From Azolla caroliniana (lineage: Eukaryota; Plantae; Polypodiophyta): a stretch of DNA of 64,000 bases. The stretch lies in the NCBI GenBank assembly GCA_043228905.1, contig JBHGNT010000002.1, positions 10,044,001-10,108,000 on the forward strand, given 5' to 3'. Positions 63,018 to 64,000 of this stretch are shown here, piece after piece (position 1 is the first letter of the stretch; every line of letters starts with the position of its first letter). The translations under genes were made by a program, and so were the position numbers. The notes beneath the pieces were generated by a model that had not been told where the DNA came from, did not search any database, and saw nothing but the letters and a program-made list of their open reading frames with translations.

Positions 63018-63019
63018 TT

Positions 63020-64000
63020 AGTGCACACATGGCTTGAAGCCGACTTTCCTCCAATACCAACAATTGTTCCATCCTCATTTGTTTCGACTATGCTTCATCT
63101 AATCTCTCGATGATTTGAACATGTAGTGTTGGAATTTGGAATTCGACTAGCATTACAACATCTAGTCCGAATGCCATCTGAAACGGGGTCGATTTGATAA
63201 TTGTCTTGTATGAAGTTCGGTATGCCCATAAAGCTCTATGAAGCTTCTGGTCCCAATTAATTCTATGCTCATTAACTATTTTTCTTAGAATTATTTGTAA
63301 TGTTTTGTTTGTCAACTCTACCAATCCATTGGCTTGAGGGTAGTACGGAGTACTTCTTTTATGTACCACTGCATAATAAGTGGATAGCTCATGTACAATT
63401 TTATTTATAAAATGAGTACCATGATCACTTACCAGTTCGATTGGGCAACCAAACCAACACCATATGAATTCATAGGGAAATTTAGCTGTCGACGCTTCTG
63501 TGTTATCCTGAAGAGCTTTCATTTCAACCCATTTGGTACAATAGTCGGTGGCAACTATAATAAATTGATTGCCGTTTCGTGAAATTGCTGGTTTGAATGG
63601 CCCGACAAAGTCGAGAACCCATTTTTGAAATGGCTCCAAAGGTAAATACCGGCTCATGTGGCATCCTATCTTTTTCTGTGGGTTGGCCGGTTTGTTGACA
63701 TAAATTGCACTGGCGACAATAGTTGACTGCGTCTTTTGAGGTAGTTGGCCACCACAAGCCGCTATTGCAAATTTTCCTTGTCGTCGTTTGTCCCGCATAA
63801 TGACCACCAGCAATACCACAATGGGCCTCATGCACAACCGTTTCTTTCTCGTATTGTCGAACCGTCCGCCGCCATATGCCATCAGTTCCTTTATGGTATA
63901 GTGTGTTGTTTAGGAGACAGAAGTTTCGACTTCTTATTAAGTAGTAGCCTTTTTCTTTCATCTAGTGGCATGCCTTCTAGCGGTAGTCCCAAACTAAGAA
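63020..64000 (-). pseudogene. gypsy integrase fragment running off the window
   Basis: EAHCGIAGGHYAG..C..C, WVLDFVGP, TDYCTKWVE, SDHGTHF, YYPQANG, ALWAYRT. Confidence 0.88.

Overview
This is AT-rich land-plant genomic DNA, probably from a non-seed plant (an inference from the retroelement types). It holds one intact host gene, a three-exon R2R3-MYB (47004-44320, minus strand). The rest is mostly transposons: a 38-kb nested stack (3934-42246), a 5'-truncated L1 LINE, and a second cluster of decayed copia/gypsy pieces (55.5-64 kb). The standout is a DNA transposon at 5659-22154, about 9.4 kb once a nested gypsy is removed, with 36-bp TIRs and a 4-bp GCTA target-site duplication. It carries two divergent genes. 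One is a Sola-like DDD transposase. The other is a six-exon gene for a ~972-aa protein that fuses a ParB/Srx-like domain to a prokaryote-type beta-class N6-adenine/N4-cytosine DNA methyltransferase (DIPY ... QKP ... DLFSGTG). Intron 1 of that gene holds 11 copies of a 25-bp palindrome at 51-bp spacing, reminiscent of parS/operator arrays. Both genes in this copy are disabled, by transition-type stop codons and, for the methyltransferase gene, a gypsy insertion. All calls were read by eye; family assignments need HMM or structure searches.
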